Source: Catajapyx aquilonaris
Lineage: Eukaryota
Assembly: GCA_000934665.2 (NCBI GenBank)
Contig: KZ538541.1
Span: forward strand, 1 to 64,000
Length of the DNA stretch: 64,000 nucleotides
Reading direction: 5' to 3'
Shown: piece after piece, positions 48,890-61,690 of the stretch
How the letters are laid out: each line of letters opens with the position of its first letter
How positions within the stretch are numbered: position 1 is the first letter of the stretch
Notes under the pieces: generated by a model
Seen by the model: only the letters and a program-made list of their open reading frames with translations
The model's database searches: none
Told to the model about the DNA's origin: nothing
Position numbers and translations under genes: made by a program

Positions 48890-49162
48890 GAAGACCTCGG
48901 GGGAAGAACGATCAAGGACCACCTCAGGTGAAACTGAAATATTCCAATTTCAAATTTTGAAGGCCCATAAACTGTTCGATTCTAAATCCCACTTTTGGGG
49001 CCTTCCATATAATATAAAGTGACCTATATATGATCACTACTTCGCAACCAGCACGACTAAACCATAATATTCTACACGGTACGCTAGTGAAACTATCTTC
49101 AGAGATATGTAACTCATTTTTGACAAAAAGTGGACCTTGATCGTTCTTCCCCCGAGGTCTTC
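48890..49162. mobile_element. MITE family 'GAAGACCTCGGG' copy 3
   Basis: GAAGACCTCGGGGGAAGAACGATCAAGGACC ... GGACCTTGATCGTTCTTCCCCCGAGGTCTTC; flanks AAAT/AAGT. Confidence 0.9.
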
Positions 49163-50672
49163 AAGTGGAGGCTGCAAATTAGGATGGTGCCCAACTAAAT
49201 AATGATACCAAATTAATTCCTGTGGTTGTATGCCCGCAAATTCAGATAAATTCCCCAATTATGTACAGTTTATGCATATAAGTATTCACAATGCATAAGC
49301 AGACACTTTCTCTTAATTTGAATTGATACAGTCGGGTGCAATTCATCGAGTAAGATACATTAATTGATTGGAACAGGGATGATTGAAGTCAATTTATTAA
49401 CTTTCTGGTTTGATTCCTCCTTTCCTTTTCGCAATTCACGAGCTAAATACAGTAACTGGCAGCCGTTAGGCCAGCAGTGATGGGAAATGTGCTTCAAATT
49501 GGTTTTTTTCTCTCAAAGGTTTGATTATAACAAAATCGTGACATGAAATTACTCAATCTGTCCTAAGGTAACCAAACTGGAGTCAATTTAGCTTAGTGAC
49601 ATTCCGAGTTGAGCGTCTTATACAAGAACAAGCAATAATTACGCCTACTGCTGCAGGGGGCAGGTATAAATGGGCCACCCGGTATTATGGAAGTGTCATC
49701 CAACGTAATTGCTTTGTTGAGGTATTACAGAGTGGAAAGGTTGTTCTGGTAAATCCGTGACTTCAGGTAAGCTCACGACAAGGAGACATTCGTGATGAAC
49801 ATCCATTCACCACTGCTGTGCTTCATTATGTTATGATATGCCAGGTTCACGTAATAATGTAAATGAAATAAAAATATAATTGCACATAGATGTATAGGAT
49901 ACGTGTAAGTTATAGTGCAGCGATTTAAGTTAATAAATGAGTCGGTTTATACAAAGCAGAAGTAGTGCTTCGTATCACAGGCACAATATTAGCAATATTA
50001 GTACAAACGATAACAGATGACGATAAAAGCATCAACACACTGCCCAACGAACCGTGGGCATTATATAAAATGTCCGGCCCATTTGTGAAATGCCTTCCCA
50101 TTATACACACTGTCCAAAAAACTGGGAATTCTATACAGTACCCTGGTCATTTTACAAAATGCCCGTGTTAAACACATTGACCGTAACATCTATAATTCTG
50201 ATTATGAAACGGACTAAGAAAAACACCATTGCTCCAGCAGATGAGTGGTGTCTCAAAGCAACAATGAACAACCCATTAATTTCCTGCAAGGAAGTAAGAA
50301 TCACGTTTCATTGTGTACAAGAACTCCCGAGAGTGTTTTTCACCTCCCAAAAATGATTTTGAGAAGTTTCTCTCCAAACACCCCGGTAAAAAGAACACTC
50401 GGATGTTTCAAACAAAGAAAAAGAAGAGAGGCCGCCAAGTAAAAGGCATCGCCGCTCAGGAGAGCTTGATTGGGAACCCAAGAAGGTAAACTCCGCCTTG
50501 GCAACCAACAAAAAACTCAACAGAGGTAACTTATAAGAGGGAAAAGAGTGAGAAGGGAAAAGGTTGCAGCTGACAGGCTGTACATCCGGGCCCCCTTTTT
50601 AAACACACGGGCAATGGGGGTGGTAGGGTAGAAGAGGCCTAGCTAATGCCTCTAGGGGGGGGGGGGGGGGGA

Positions 50673-50865
50673 NNNNNNNNNNNNNNNNNNNNNNNNNNNN
50701 NNNNNNNNNNNNNNNNNNNNNNNNNNNNNNNNNNNNNNNNNNNNNNNNNNNNNNNNNNNNNNNNNNNNNNNNNNNNNNNNNNNNNNNNNNNNNNNNNNNN
50801 NNNNNNNNNNNNNNNNNNNNNNNNNNNNNNNNNNNNNNNNNNNNNNNNNNNNNNNNNNNNNNNNN
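50673..50865. other. Assembly gap (N run) within a poly-G tract
   Basis: Run of n characters flanked by G homopolymers. Confidence 0.99.
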
Positions 50866-52661
50866 GGGGGGGGGAAGGATATATATTATAACATGTAGCT
50901 TGGAGTATATGTGGGGTGGGGATCAGGAAGCACATTAACTCCTTTGCCCTCTGAAGCCTTATAGGCCTACTCTTTTTTTTCCAGGCTGCTAAGTTCAAAG
51001 GTGTTTGCACAGCCGGGCTTCAAAGTCTTGCATCAGGTCGGAAGGCAAGTTAGATGAAGGGAGAAAAAAGTGTAGCTGCCGGAGGGTGGGGAAGAGGGGG
51101 AGGGGACAGGGTTGAAGTCATTTCGTCTTGCTCCATTATAGACCAGGGTTGCCTTTCTCACGAAGGAGTTTCAAGATGGGCTGTAGAGTGAGCGTACCAA
51201 CTTTTCCAGATCGTTACAGAGAACTGGTAGTTGTATATGTTCATTAATATAGGTATTTTTCTAGGAGGGATATATAAACGTGGATCATTTACTTAGGCAT
51301 GTGTTCCTATTCGCTGGTATATAGGCATATGGCAGCACCCTTCTCCTTTCTCCCTCTCTCACACCGCGACACATTATACCGGCAGACTCATTATTTGCGG
51401 TTGCGGTTGTTGCCCTCCGCACAAGGCACCGCAAACACCCATTACTGTAGAAGCGCAGCACGGGAAATCAGTGCTAGAATCTTGGCAGTGTCAAGATGTC
51501 ATCATGTGCCGATATTCTGTTCTCAATAATTATATGCCTATACTGTCAATAACTGCTCTTAATGGTATGGCAACAATACAGCAAGCTACCAAATATACCA
51601 AACTCACATTTTCTCATACATTGGCTACTATATAGTGGCCACTATAGACTATATGATTGATAACAAACATTACAACAGATTGGGGACCTATATGCCAAAA
51701 TACTCGGTCCCCCCCCCCACTCCGAGGTAAACAATTGTAGTTTCTTGAAATAAAAATGGCAGATATTTGCGACTTTTGCGATGTAATTAAATGGTAACAT
51801 TAACATATATGCATACTCTGGGATTGGGTACTTAATATTAATCAATGCAGAACATACTTCTGACACGTCCGTTATACTTCACATGTTTCCAACACTATAC
51901 AGGGGAACTTGCTTTGGTAACGGTACACTTTATGAAACATGGCTTACAGGTGTAATTAAGTTGTAGTACTTGAATGATTCAATCCTCGGTGCGTAACGGC
52001 AGGCAGAAAACGTGTCTTGTTTACAATTTCCACCCGAAATCACACGATCTCCTCTCACTTAATAATTGAATGCCTATTGCTGCAACCACAAAAGAGCCAC
52101 TGGAGATGAGATCGATCTTAACGCAAAAAAATGAACGTGCACGCTCCAAAGAACAAAAAGTCCACGTGTCATTATATGCCTGGTATATTCTATACACTCT
52201 TCATCCATTATGCCTATGCTGTTGGTTTCCTCCAAGAAAAATATGGCGTCCAATAAGTCCACCCGTTAGTTAGACCTCACGCCTTCATTACGCTTCTGTC
52301 ACACGGATTAACACGGATATGCATGGATAGGCTTTTCATCGACTACATTACAGGCTTACATGCTGGTGTCAGCCATCTTGAGGTCACCTTCTGCGATGGT
52401 CCTTTTCTTATTTCACCACTTTTTACAGCGGAAGACACGTCACTGGGAATCCTATTTCCCCAACCACCATTTCTCATCATTTTCCACGCTTTTTTCTCTC
52501 CCCTCCTCAAGACCTCCCTTCTACTCCCCATCCCCTCCCATCTCCCCCCACCTCTGCACCTTTCACTTCAACCAAGTTCCATTTGCAGGGGAACCAACCG
52601 CTGCCCAAAAATTTTTCTCTCGTTAGAGGGTGAACATTCGTTTCCATAAATCAATCGCTAA

Positions 52662-52664
<3 letters not shown>

Positions 52665-52703
<39 letters not shown>
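52665..52703. repeat. (CT)n/(GA)n microsatellite
   Basis: Perfect CT run. Confidence 0.95.
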
Positions 52704-52706
<3 letters not shown>

Positions 52707-54503
52707 ACATCTGCCGGAAAGAAGGATTTCATTAAAGCCATTGGAAGCAGGCGGNCTGGATCAATCCCCCCCCCCCACCCACCCATTATTGGCCAGCAGG
52801 CAACGATTGTTGTCATGGCCTCTGGTTGATGCATACTGAAGTGTCAACCAGCGACGAAAGTGTCACATTCTAAATAATGACCGCGACATCATTCGACCCC
52901 CAATATTTGGTTGTAACAACCGGACTGTAAATTGGTGGAATGAAATGGCCTGAGCCATCCACTATTATTTTGTCACGAGTTTATATACGACAAGAAAATG
53001 AGAATAGCTCTCAAACATGATAGTTTAGAAGGGACGGTGTCTGGATATAACAGCTAATTACACCAATACTGAAGGTCAAATCATTATTAACGGTTCCATC
53101 AAGAAGAAAATCTTGAATTATTCATCAAATTTTATAATGCACTTGTTGTCTCGTTTCCTGCTCCGGCTTAATAACAGTCGTGAATAGTACACACCAACCT
53201 CCTGTGAAGCGAGCCGCGTATGATTATATCCTGATTATAATCTGATCCAGAATTCAACGGAAAGAGTATCTTAGCCGGTCCATCAGCATAATAAAACTTG
53301 AAGGAGGGATCAGGGAGGGGTAAAAAAAGGCTGGCTCACCTCTATATATATACACACAAGGTGATACCGTATATTGGAGAATCAATAGTTAACACCGCAA
53401 TGCCAGATAGAGACAATAAGTCTGCTGGCTGCAATATATCTGCTTTGCATGCAACTTGCACATCCGAGCAATTGAGTATTAAAAGGGCGTGTGTGTAAGA
53501 AGGCCTGCTGCGTAATGTAAAACAATTATCGCCGTCACTGAGAATGAAAATGAGTCCCTGGGATAGCATCCGGAGTCATGGGTGTGTATAGAGAAGCCCC
53601 TTTTCGTGGGGCCACGACAAGCGTTACTGATTGTAATTGATGAACACATTTTTGCATCCTCGCAACGTTGCAATGCTTGGTTCGCTTCCAAAGAGATGGA
53701 CAGCAGGCCATTTTCACACTTCCATCACAATCTCCGTCCTTTTTTAGGGCGACTAGCCAGGATTACTTGCGTGCAAGGTATGGCTAGATTTTGGCCTATA
53801 GGATTTTTCAAGCCTGATGATGAGCCTTTTGGTTAAGATACTTTTACGTGAAACGCGGATTACTTTATGCTACTTTTTCATGGATAAAAAAGGAACACAT
53901 TTATGGTAAAGTGGTTCCTGTGAAGGGTACGGAATTTTTTATTAACTTAAACTTATAATTACACATTATATAGGCAATTAAATAGGGTGGGTCGCTGCAT
54001 TGGTATTTTAACTGTTGTTGATATTCCAAGACAAAACTGATGTAATTAATTTTGGTGATTTCGGCTTTATTATATACCGTGATAATCGCGCATATTCATT
54101 GTTGCCATTCCATCCCAAATGGTGCGGCAGAGAAATATCCTGCGAGTCAGGTAAGGGAAGTTGGATAACTTGCGGGATGACCCCAATTACCTCGTGTATT
54201 ATGAAACTAAAATTGTAGTGCGAATATAATGTTCCTAATAAAGTTGAAATTGACAAAATAAACAATACCGTATTACTGTCATTTTGTCTCGGAATATAGA
54301 ACTACGAGTAGCCTATTATTAAAAACCTATAAGTCCGATAGGAAGTGCGAACATTTATAGAAATACCCTATATGTAAAACAGCAGACAATGTGTTCCATG
54401 TCAGCAATGGTCAGCTATTTTTGGCACTAAGGTCACTCTTTTTAAGCATTTGTTTTTAAATAGTCTTAACCCCTTCACTGTATCAGCCACCTATTATCTA
54501 TAG

Positions 54504-54600
54504 CAGTGGTTCCCAACCTTTTCCGGGTCGCGACCCCCTGTTATGATAGTCTGCGACCCCCCCCCCCTCCCCCAGTCCCCGAGTGTTAGATGTTGAGAAA
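54504..54600. mobile_element. hAT (Charlie-like) MITE left end
   Basis: CAGTGGTTCCCAACCTTTTCCGGGTCGCGACCCC, related to the 33756 element. The right end is degenerate or disrupted. Confidence 0.65.
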
Positions 54601-54608
54601 AACCTTCT

Positions 54609-55584
54609 TGACTGATGAAATTTCCTATAAAATTTATTTTTTTATTTTTTTATTAATTTTAGTTATACCAGATATAACCGACATCGCCTAGTTTTCCGCT
54701 TACGCGTGCATGCTCTGAGATACGAACAAGATATCTGACAAAAAATAACTACAGACTCTATATACTTACCCGTTCGTGGAAAACACTATGAATGTGTCGG
54801 GAACAATTTTCCTCCCAGTCCCTAAATTAATTTCCGAAAAGATCGCTGTAAAGCGAAGTCTCGAAGTACATGCTGGCCAACTGTTAGGCTGATTTAATTA
54901 TGAAATATGTTACAATAGACGGAATAACAACCTTGAGCCAGACGAATTTGAGGAAATCGTCTTACTTTGCGTGAAATATACATAAATTTCGTGTGAGTTT
55001 TCCGTATAGTGACAGGTAAGTCGCAGATAAGTGTTGAGTTTATTTCTCGAAAAGTACGAAGATTTCAGCAAATTTGTCTAGCACGTTTCTCAAGGTTGTT
55101 ATTCCGTATATTTGATTTATGATTATGATTATGATTAAATCAACCTATAGCATCAGTTGGCCGGTAGTATAGCCTACTTGTATTTTTACAGCTATCTTTT
55201 TGGAAATTGATTTACGGACTTATAGACAAAGAAAATTGTTTCCAATATATACATACATTGTGCTTTGCATGAATAGCTGTTACTATTTGTAAACTATCTT
55301 TCCCTTAACCTTCAGATTACTTGAAGTTGAACAGGAGAGAAAATCTATATAGGCGATGGAAATATAGCCGATATTTTGTGCGGCGATCTTTTTGGAAATG
55401 AATTTGCGGACTTCTATGTGAGTAAAATTGTTTCCAACACATGAATTGCGTAGACCATGAATGTATAAGTGTAGCTGTTTTTGTTATGAAATTTGTATAA
55501 AATTTGTATGAAATTTCTGCAGTCCTAAGCTATTTTTCGGCACTGTATACAGTGCCGAAAAATATATTAAGACTGCAGAAATTT
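54609..55584. mobile_element. Old fold-back element ending in a loopless 74-bp palindrome
   Basis: Inverted pairs GGAATAACAACCTTGAG (54921)/CTCAAGGTTGTTATTCC (55090) and AATTTCCGAAAAGATCGCTGTAAA/TTTACAGCTATCTTTTTGGAAATT. Terminal palindrome 55511-55584. Confidence 0.55.
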
Positions 55585-55646
55585 ACGTTGAAAAACCCTC
55601 TCTGTAATGGCTGCATATTATAATATTTAGATCACTTAGATAGTTA

Positions 55647-55908
55647 GGGCGACACGGTGGCGGAGTGGTTAGTGCTGCAGCCTTCCACCTCTATAAGGTG
55701 CAAAGTTCGATCCCCAGGTCGGACGGAGGATACTTATGTGGATATACAGTTTCGATGGGTTCTCTCCGTGTTCGCGTGGGTTTTCTCGGGGTTCTCCCGT
55801 TTCCTCCCGCAATCAAAATCCATCACAGCGCAGGCAATGAATAAAGTTGGTCACTTAAAACATGATCCCCTAAGAGGCCTAAGGAGGCCTATCACGGGAT
55901 ATCCATTA
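55647..55908 (+). mobile_element. tRNA-derived SINE family C with V-domain-like core
   Basis: A box (GGTGGCGGAGTGGTTAG), B box (GTTCGATCCC) and core GTTCTCTCCGTGTTCGCGTGGGTTTTCTCGGGGTTCTCCCGTTTCCTCCC. Imperfect TSD TAGAT(A)GTTA. Confidence 0.85.
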
Positions 55909-58171
55909 TAGATGTTATATACAGTTCATAATTACATATTATGTCATTGTAATTTTGTAATATAATACTTGTAATATATTGCTGATCATCAAAAGAAAGT
56001 GGTCAAAAGATAGGCACAAGTTATGACGAGCAACAACAAAGCGAAAATGTGAATATGATTATTAAATGAAGAGTGACATGACTTGTCATTGTCATAAATA
56101 ATTTGTACGACAGCATGTTGAGTTGTTGCTTGCAAGTAACTTGCCTTCTAAACTTATTAATTAAACTTCCTTCTAAGAAAAAAAATTACTGTTTGAAAGA
56201 GTAAATAATTATGGTATCTTAACAAGTAATGCGCCATTTCCGGATCGTGATGGTTATTCAGTTTAGATCACCGCGATCGTATCCGTGGGTCATCCAAGTT
56301 CAAAGCAGTAAATCTCAAGCAGTATTAATGGTCATTAAATATAAGTTTCCTCTCATTGCAAAGCAAGACAAAGCCTATCAAAATCACCCGTGACACTTAT
56401 TGCACGCCTTAAACATTATCATGCAATTTATTTTCTGAAAAACAAAACCATTATGCTATTGTCAGCAAAGAATTCTAAGCTCTACATCAATAGTAAGATT
56501 ACAGTAGAGTTTACTCAACATGTATGTGCGTTAAGGTTACACTAAAGTATTGCATAAACAATATTGGAAGCTTCGACCGTATAATCTGTAAGACGCGGCT
56601 TGTAACGGTAACTGTGCAGTGTAACCTCAATGTAATAAAAAATCCTCAAGAAGTGACACTCTTATTCTGGTAATCTCTAAATATATTTTAAAAGTGCACA
56701 TTTCGATATTTTTTATTACCACTTCATCCCTCCCGTGGCCTGACTCCGAATGTACCGGTATAGTTTCTAATCCTCAGGCCTGAAGTATATGGAACCCAAG
56801 TTTCATTATGAGAAACCAAGGCAAGAATCAAACCCCACTCTGCGTGGACGTTGGCCAGGTCCTAATTCGATTATGACATCTCCCAACGATCTATTTTCTC
56901 TGCTTTGTCGTCACCATTTGGGGTACCCAAGTCAATGACACCTCCTATTATAACGCAAGTGGTCATCAGTGAAAATGTCCATGCTGGCAGGAATTGCTTC
57001 ATATATGCAGAATACAGAGGGGGTGCGACATAGGCCTGCTGGTAAATTAGACTACACACTGTAAGCATGGAATGTTAAGGACAATTAACAATACAGTGTA
57101 GACTTGTAGGTGATTTTCTCCATTCCTGTAAAGAGTGCAAACCATTAGTCCCGTGAAAACGGGAATGGGGCCGAAACGGGAACAAAACCAAATCAATGCC
57201 GCAGCGCAGGAAGGTGTAGCGGGTCAACCGACCATTCAAGTCTCTATCTGCCGGTTCCTATCTGCCTCTGCCTCTTTTTTCCCACCCCTCCCCCTCCCGC
57301 CCTTTCCCCTTCTCTCCTCTGGGTCGCCCAAATCTCCTCATCTAGCATGTCGTCATCGCAACAAGTCATTTTGTGGCGAGCCCCCCCTATACTCACTACC
57401 AACACAAAGCAAAGCGTTGACACTCGCACATCTCCATCTACAGGACATGGAAGACAGACGTCATCTTTCTTCCACGTCCAAATAATCATGCACTATTCTC
57501 CCCTCCTTCCAACCATCCTTATCCCCGCTTCCAAAGTCGCAGGTGTATGTTTACAGCAAAGGTGAAATAGTTAACCTCAGAAATCAAGGCCATCGACCAA
57601 GGGCTGAACAAAAGCCGGCTTACAACACCCGGCATGTTTATTTCAACGGCTTCTCAAGCAGACTGTACCATTATAGGCAATGGTTGTATGTCAAACAAAA
57701 AAAGGCATGTTCTGTCCTGAGCAGTCGGTTCCGCCGTTCTGGTAACAAATAGGCCCACCTGAGCACCAAATCATGCACTCAAGGTACACAAATCGCGCTC
57801 ATTATATATATTGTTGCCTCTTCCAAATCATATTTTGTACCTACTGTGAATTTGCGTCTGGAGGAGGTTGAAAAATTGTTGCCGGTGCTGCTTTTATGGT
57901 GTTCTGTAAAAAATATATATATATTTGCCCGCTTCTACTGTATATGTTAGCTAATTGCAATTCAGTTCAAGCTTTATAGCAGGCTGATGACGTCGTGTAA
58001 TATGGTTGAACTCTAAGCGTTGGCATGACCTACCGCATGCACTGTAAATACCACATCATATGGTGCGGCAGCCCATTAATGGTTAGCTTAATTTACATGA
58101 GGATTTACAGTAATGTGGCATATAATAATAATTTATAAAAATAACTCAGCATTATGCTTATAGATATTATC

Positions 58172-58491
58172 GGGGAGACGGAGTGGCGCTGCGGTAACGT
58201 ATGCGCCCACGGATGTTAACGTCCCGGGTTCGATCCCAGCCCGAGGACACCCCCTTCATCTCGCGCAGAGTTCGGGGTCATCTCTGGCTTAGTTTCGGGT
58301 GGTATTTCCAACAGACTAAGCCACCCGGGGAGTTCACAAAATGACCACAGCTACGACATTGCACTGCACCTTGCATATCCCCTCCTGTCATCCTGCCCGT
58401 GGGCCCGGGCGCTTCGCAAAAAGGTTCCAAAATTGTACGACGACACAATAAAGGTCCGTGCAATACCGTAAGGTCAAGCACTACCCCCAGG

Positions 58492-58552
<61 letters not shown>
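58172..58552 (+). mobile_element. tRNA-derived SINE family A, full length with (ATT)n tail
   Basis: Same head and body as the 19905 copy. (ATT)~21 tail. TSD TTATAGATATTATC at 58158-58171 and 58553-58566. Confidence 0.93.
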
Positions 58553-58557
<5 letters not shown>

Positions 58558-58677
58558 GATATTATCGCTATTTGAAATTTTAAGAAGATGGAGCAGGGCG
58601 ATAGGTTCTCATAATAGTAATGCAGAGTGTACTTTGCCATATAAAGCATAATCACACAATAATAGAGAGCTTCTAAA

Positions 58678-58898
58678 TATGCGTTCTCTGGGGGTCGACT
58701 GGTGGGGTTATGAAATGAATATCATCCGAGTAAATATTGCTTCAGCACAGTATACGCAACAATGCATGCAGTATTATTCATCTCACGCACAGTGAAATGG
58801 TTATTCAAATGCCAACCACAAACACTGACAATGGGTCGGCGATCCCGAGGTTGCATCATGTGTATACAGTATAGGGCAAGTCGCAGAGAGAACGCATA
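58678..58898. mobile_element. Short MITE (Harbinger-like)
   Basis: TATGCGTTCTCT..GTCGACT ... AGTCGCAGAGAGAACGCATA. Confidence 0.55.
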
Positions 58899-58935
58899 AT
58901 TTTGGAATGCTTAGCTTCCACAGGTAGACTTGTTA

Positions 58936-59470
58936 TAGGCTCAAACCTCTAAAACGGCCATTGGGCGAAAAAACTGGCCATTCTGCAGAATTCTCCATGT
59001 CAAACCATCCATTCTGCAGAATGGATGGAGCATTCTGCAGAACTCAAAAACTGCAAAAACTCAAGAACACAAATGGGCCTATAGGGGACATTGGAATCCC
59101 GCCTCTTATGATGAAGAAGGTATTGTAATAGTTCCTGGAAATTAACAGCATCATCAAATGTTAAGTATTTCAACCATTTGCCAAACAGCAACAGGCATAA
59201 GGGCGATTTATTTCCAGCATCTACATGGCACAGTGGGAAACAGGAAACTGCCACAACGAGTTATGGGCGTCTTCTAAACCAGCCATCCCGACACGAAATT
59301 GCCGTCCTGACGTTTAAGTTTAGCCCAGGAAAGCGTTCTGGCCTTTTTAGAAAGAGCATTTCGGGGTCTGGCTGTTTCATTAAAACATCCATTCTGCTGG
59401 TTTGAAAAGGAGCATTCTGCAGAATGGACGTTTTTTTTCGCCCAATGGCCGTTTTCGGGGTTTGAGCCTA
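58936..59470. mobile_element. Non-autonomous DNA transposon with TAGG termini (hAT- or Academ-like; TSD not resolved)
   Basis: TAGGCTCAAACCTCTAAAACGGCCATTGGGCGAAAAAA ... TTTTTTCGCCCAATGGCCGTTTTCGGGGTTTGAGCCTA, with subterminal CATTCTGCAGAAT palindromic repeats. Confidence 0.87.
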
Positions 59471-61499
59471 ATACATCAGAAAGAGCCTATTTTCATGGTT
59501 ACGTGGCGGGCTGGTCATGCGGCACTTTTACATAGCCATATGAAACTTTAAATGGTTCGTCGGAATCATTGCAGAACATGCGCCCTGTATAATACTGTAT
59601 ACAGTGCGGAAAACGAAAGGACGATCTGACGTCATCGTTTTGTTTACCGACTCTTGTCAACGGAAATCTGCCGAACGCACCTCTGGAACCTTCCACTTTT
59701 CCTGTTTCCCTGGAGATGTCCTCGTACAACAATAAGAGTAAACATTGCTCTTTTTTGCTGACAGTTTTACAGAGTCAACAAAAGAGAACAATGTGCCAAC
59801 AATTGGTCCAGAGGTGCGTTGGACAGATTTCCTTTGATTAGGAGTCGTCGAGTCGATAAACAAAACGATGACGCCAGATCGTCCATTCGTTTTCCGCATT
59901 GTAGGCTATAGCTGAAACTATTAGTAGAATTATTATGAAAAGTCGGGGTTTTAAAAATATAACTAAACAAAATTGCACTCCAACAAGTTAGTGTACCTTT
60001 TATTGCATTAATCATTCTTTCCTGCAAATTGATGTATTTATATTTAATCGCAGTTTGCTTCACCATAAATAATGTTACTTGCGTAATATATAATTATTAT
60101 ATGGCAAATAACCTTTGCAATGAAAACGTTACAGCTTACTAAAATAGTATTGCAAGTTCTTACCTTACATGAATATATGCATTGAGCTATCTCGAGCCCT
60201 TCTTATAACCATAATCATTACAGACCTATAAACTCACCAGTGCGTGTTATCTCAATCTGAATATCTACTGGGTAATTTATCAGTCAATCAATGCAACATT
60301 TATTATCCCTCCGGAGATTATTTCTGGGTTCATAACATCCACTAAATTATAAGAAAGACCCGTTTCATTTCTTTTCATTTGACGGAGTTCTGGCACTGTA
60401 ATTTAAGAAAGTCTTCACCCATGTGACAGACGGCAAATATGAAGAGGAAGAAAAAACTATAATAGTGAAGTGTTATGTGTTTCGTTTTCTAATTGTACCT
60501 TTCTTCTTTATCAACAGATGGTTTGCACTCAACCCCCCATACAATCTGCCCCATCTTCCCCAGCAGGCCCTCATACAGCCTATACATGTTTTCCCGACTT
60601 ATAATCGCACCGCTTCAAGCTCGGGGAGATAATTTACAAGCCTAAACTCACAGTCAGTCCCGAAAAGTTATCTCAGTTTTTCCAAGACCATTCACGTCAA
60701 CATTTTTGTTCAGGAAACGGCTTTCCAAACCACCTCCTGACTCCCTCCTCCACTATACCCTTGCCACATAATGAGTTGGGGTCAGAATATAGCTGGCATG
60801 ACCAGGAGGATCTTGTCTGTTGCCGGTGGTCTTTTTTTTCTACACATATTCTTTCCTCTTCTTTTTCTTGGTTTGGTGGCAGGGTTGGTGTGCCTGTTCC
60901 CTCCTGGCATCTGTGGCCAGCAATTGGCTGTGGACGGGAGCCATTAGGAGGCCCCTGCAGCGGCCATTGGTCCCCACGACAGATGGCCGGAAGTGCAGCT
61001 CCGGATGGCGCCATTTCCAGCACAACGCTACCAACGACGCACATTAAACGCATCCCCCTTCCTCACACCTTCTGCCGGTTCCCCAAATGCTAGCCATCCG
61101 GGATGGCTGGCCATCCACTCACATGCAACCTGCTGTCTCTGCGGGAAGGAAAATCGCTGTCGAAGCCCACATTAGTCGCACCATCACATCCACGTCTCCC
61201 GCCATTTCACCAGTCATCATCTGCTCCGCTACCACCCCACTCACAGGCTCAAGATAGAATCCTGGATCTGGCTCACAAAAACTTTCATATTTCCAAACTC
61301 ACATTATCACTAGTACTTCCAGAATATACTGGCTATTCCAAATCTTCAGTTAAGTTGCCACTTGACAATCAAACTTGTCAGAGGCGCTGCAATAGACTGG
61401 ATGGCTATAATTACCATAGATTTTGGTTTGTAATGTAGAAAATTGATCCAGATGATGCTTCAAGGCTACAGGTTGCATATCCAAGTAGATCCTGGAAAT

Positions 61500-61690
61500 A
61501 CTTTCCAGCATGATGCTGTATTATCAAAATCAATGAGAATGGTTATGGCCAGCTCTGACAGGTGGAGGGTCCTTTTTAACAGTCGCGAAAGAAAGGTCCT
61601 AGCTGTGGGACCTGCTGGACACAACCTTATACACAGGTTAGGGTCCTCAGCCCTCAGGGAATGTTCCCATCATATTAAAGTCGCGGACAA
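61500..61690 (+). pseudogene. Decayed CR1/L2/Jockey-type LINE reverse-transcriptase C-terminal fragment
   Basis: FQHD...SSDRWRVLFNSRERKVLAVG...LGSSAL resembles the LQxDLxxLxxWSxxWxMxFNxxKCKVLxVG...LG motif downstream of the RT core. Confidence 0.6.
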
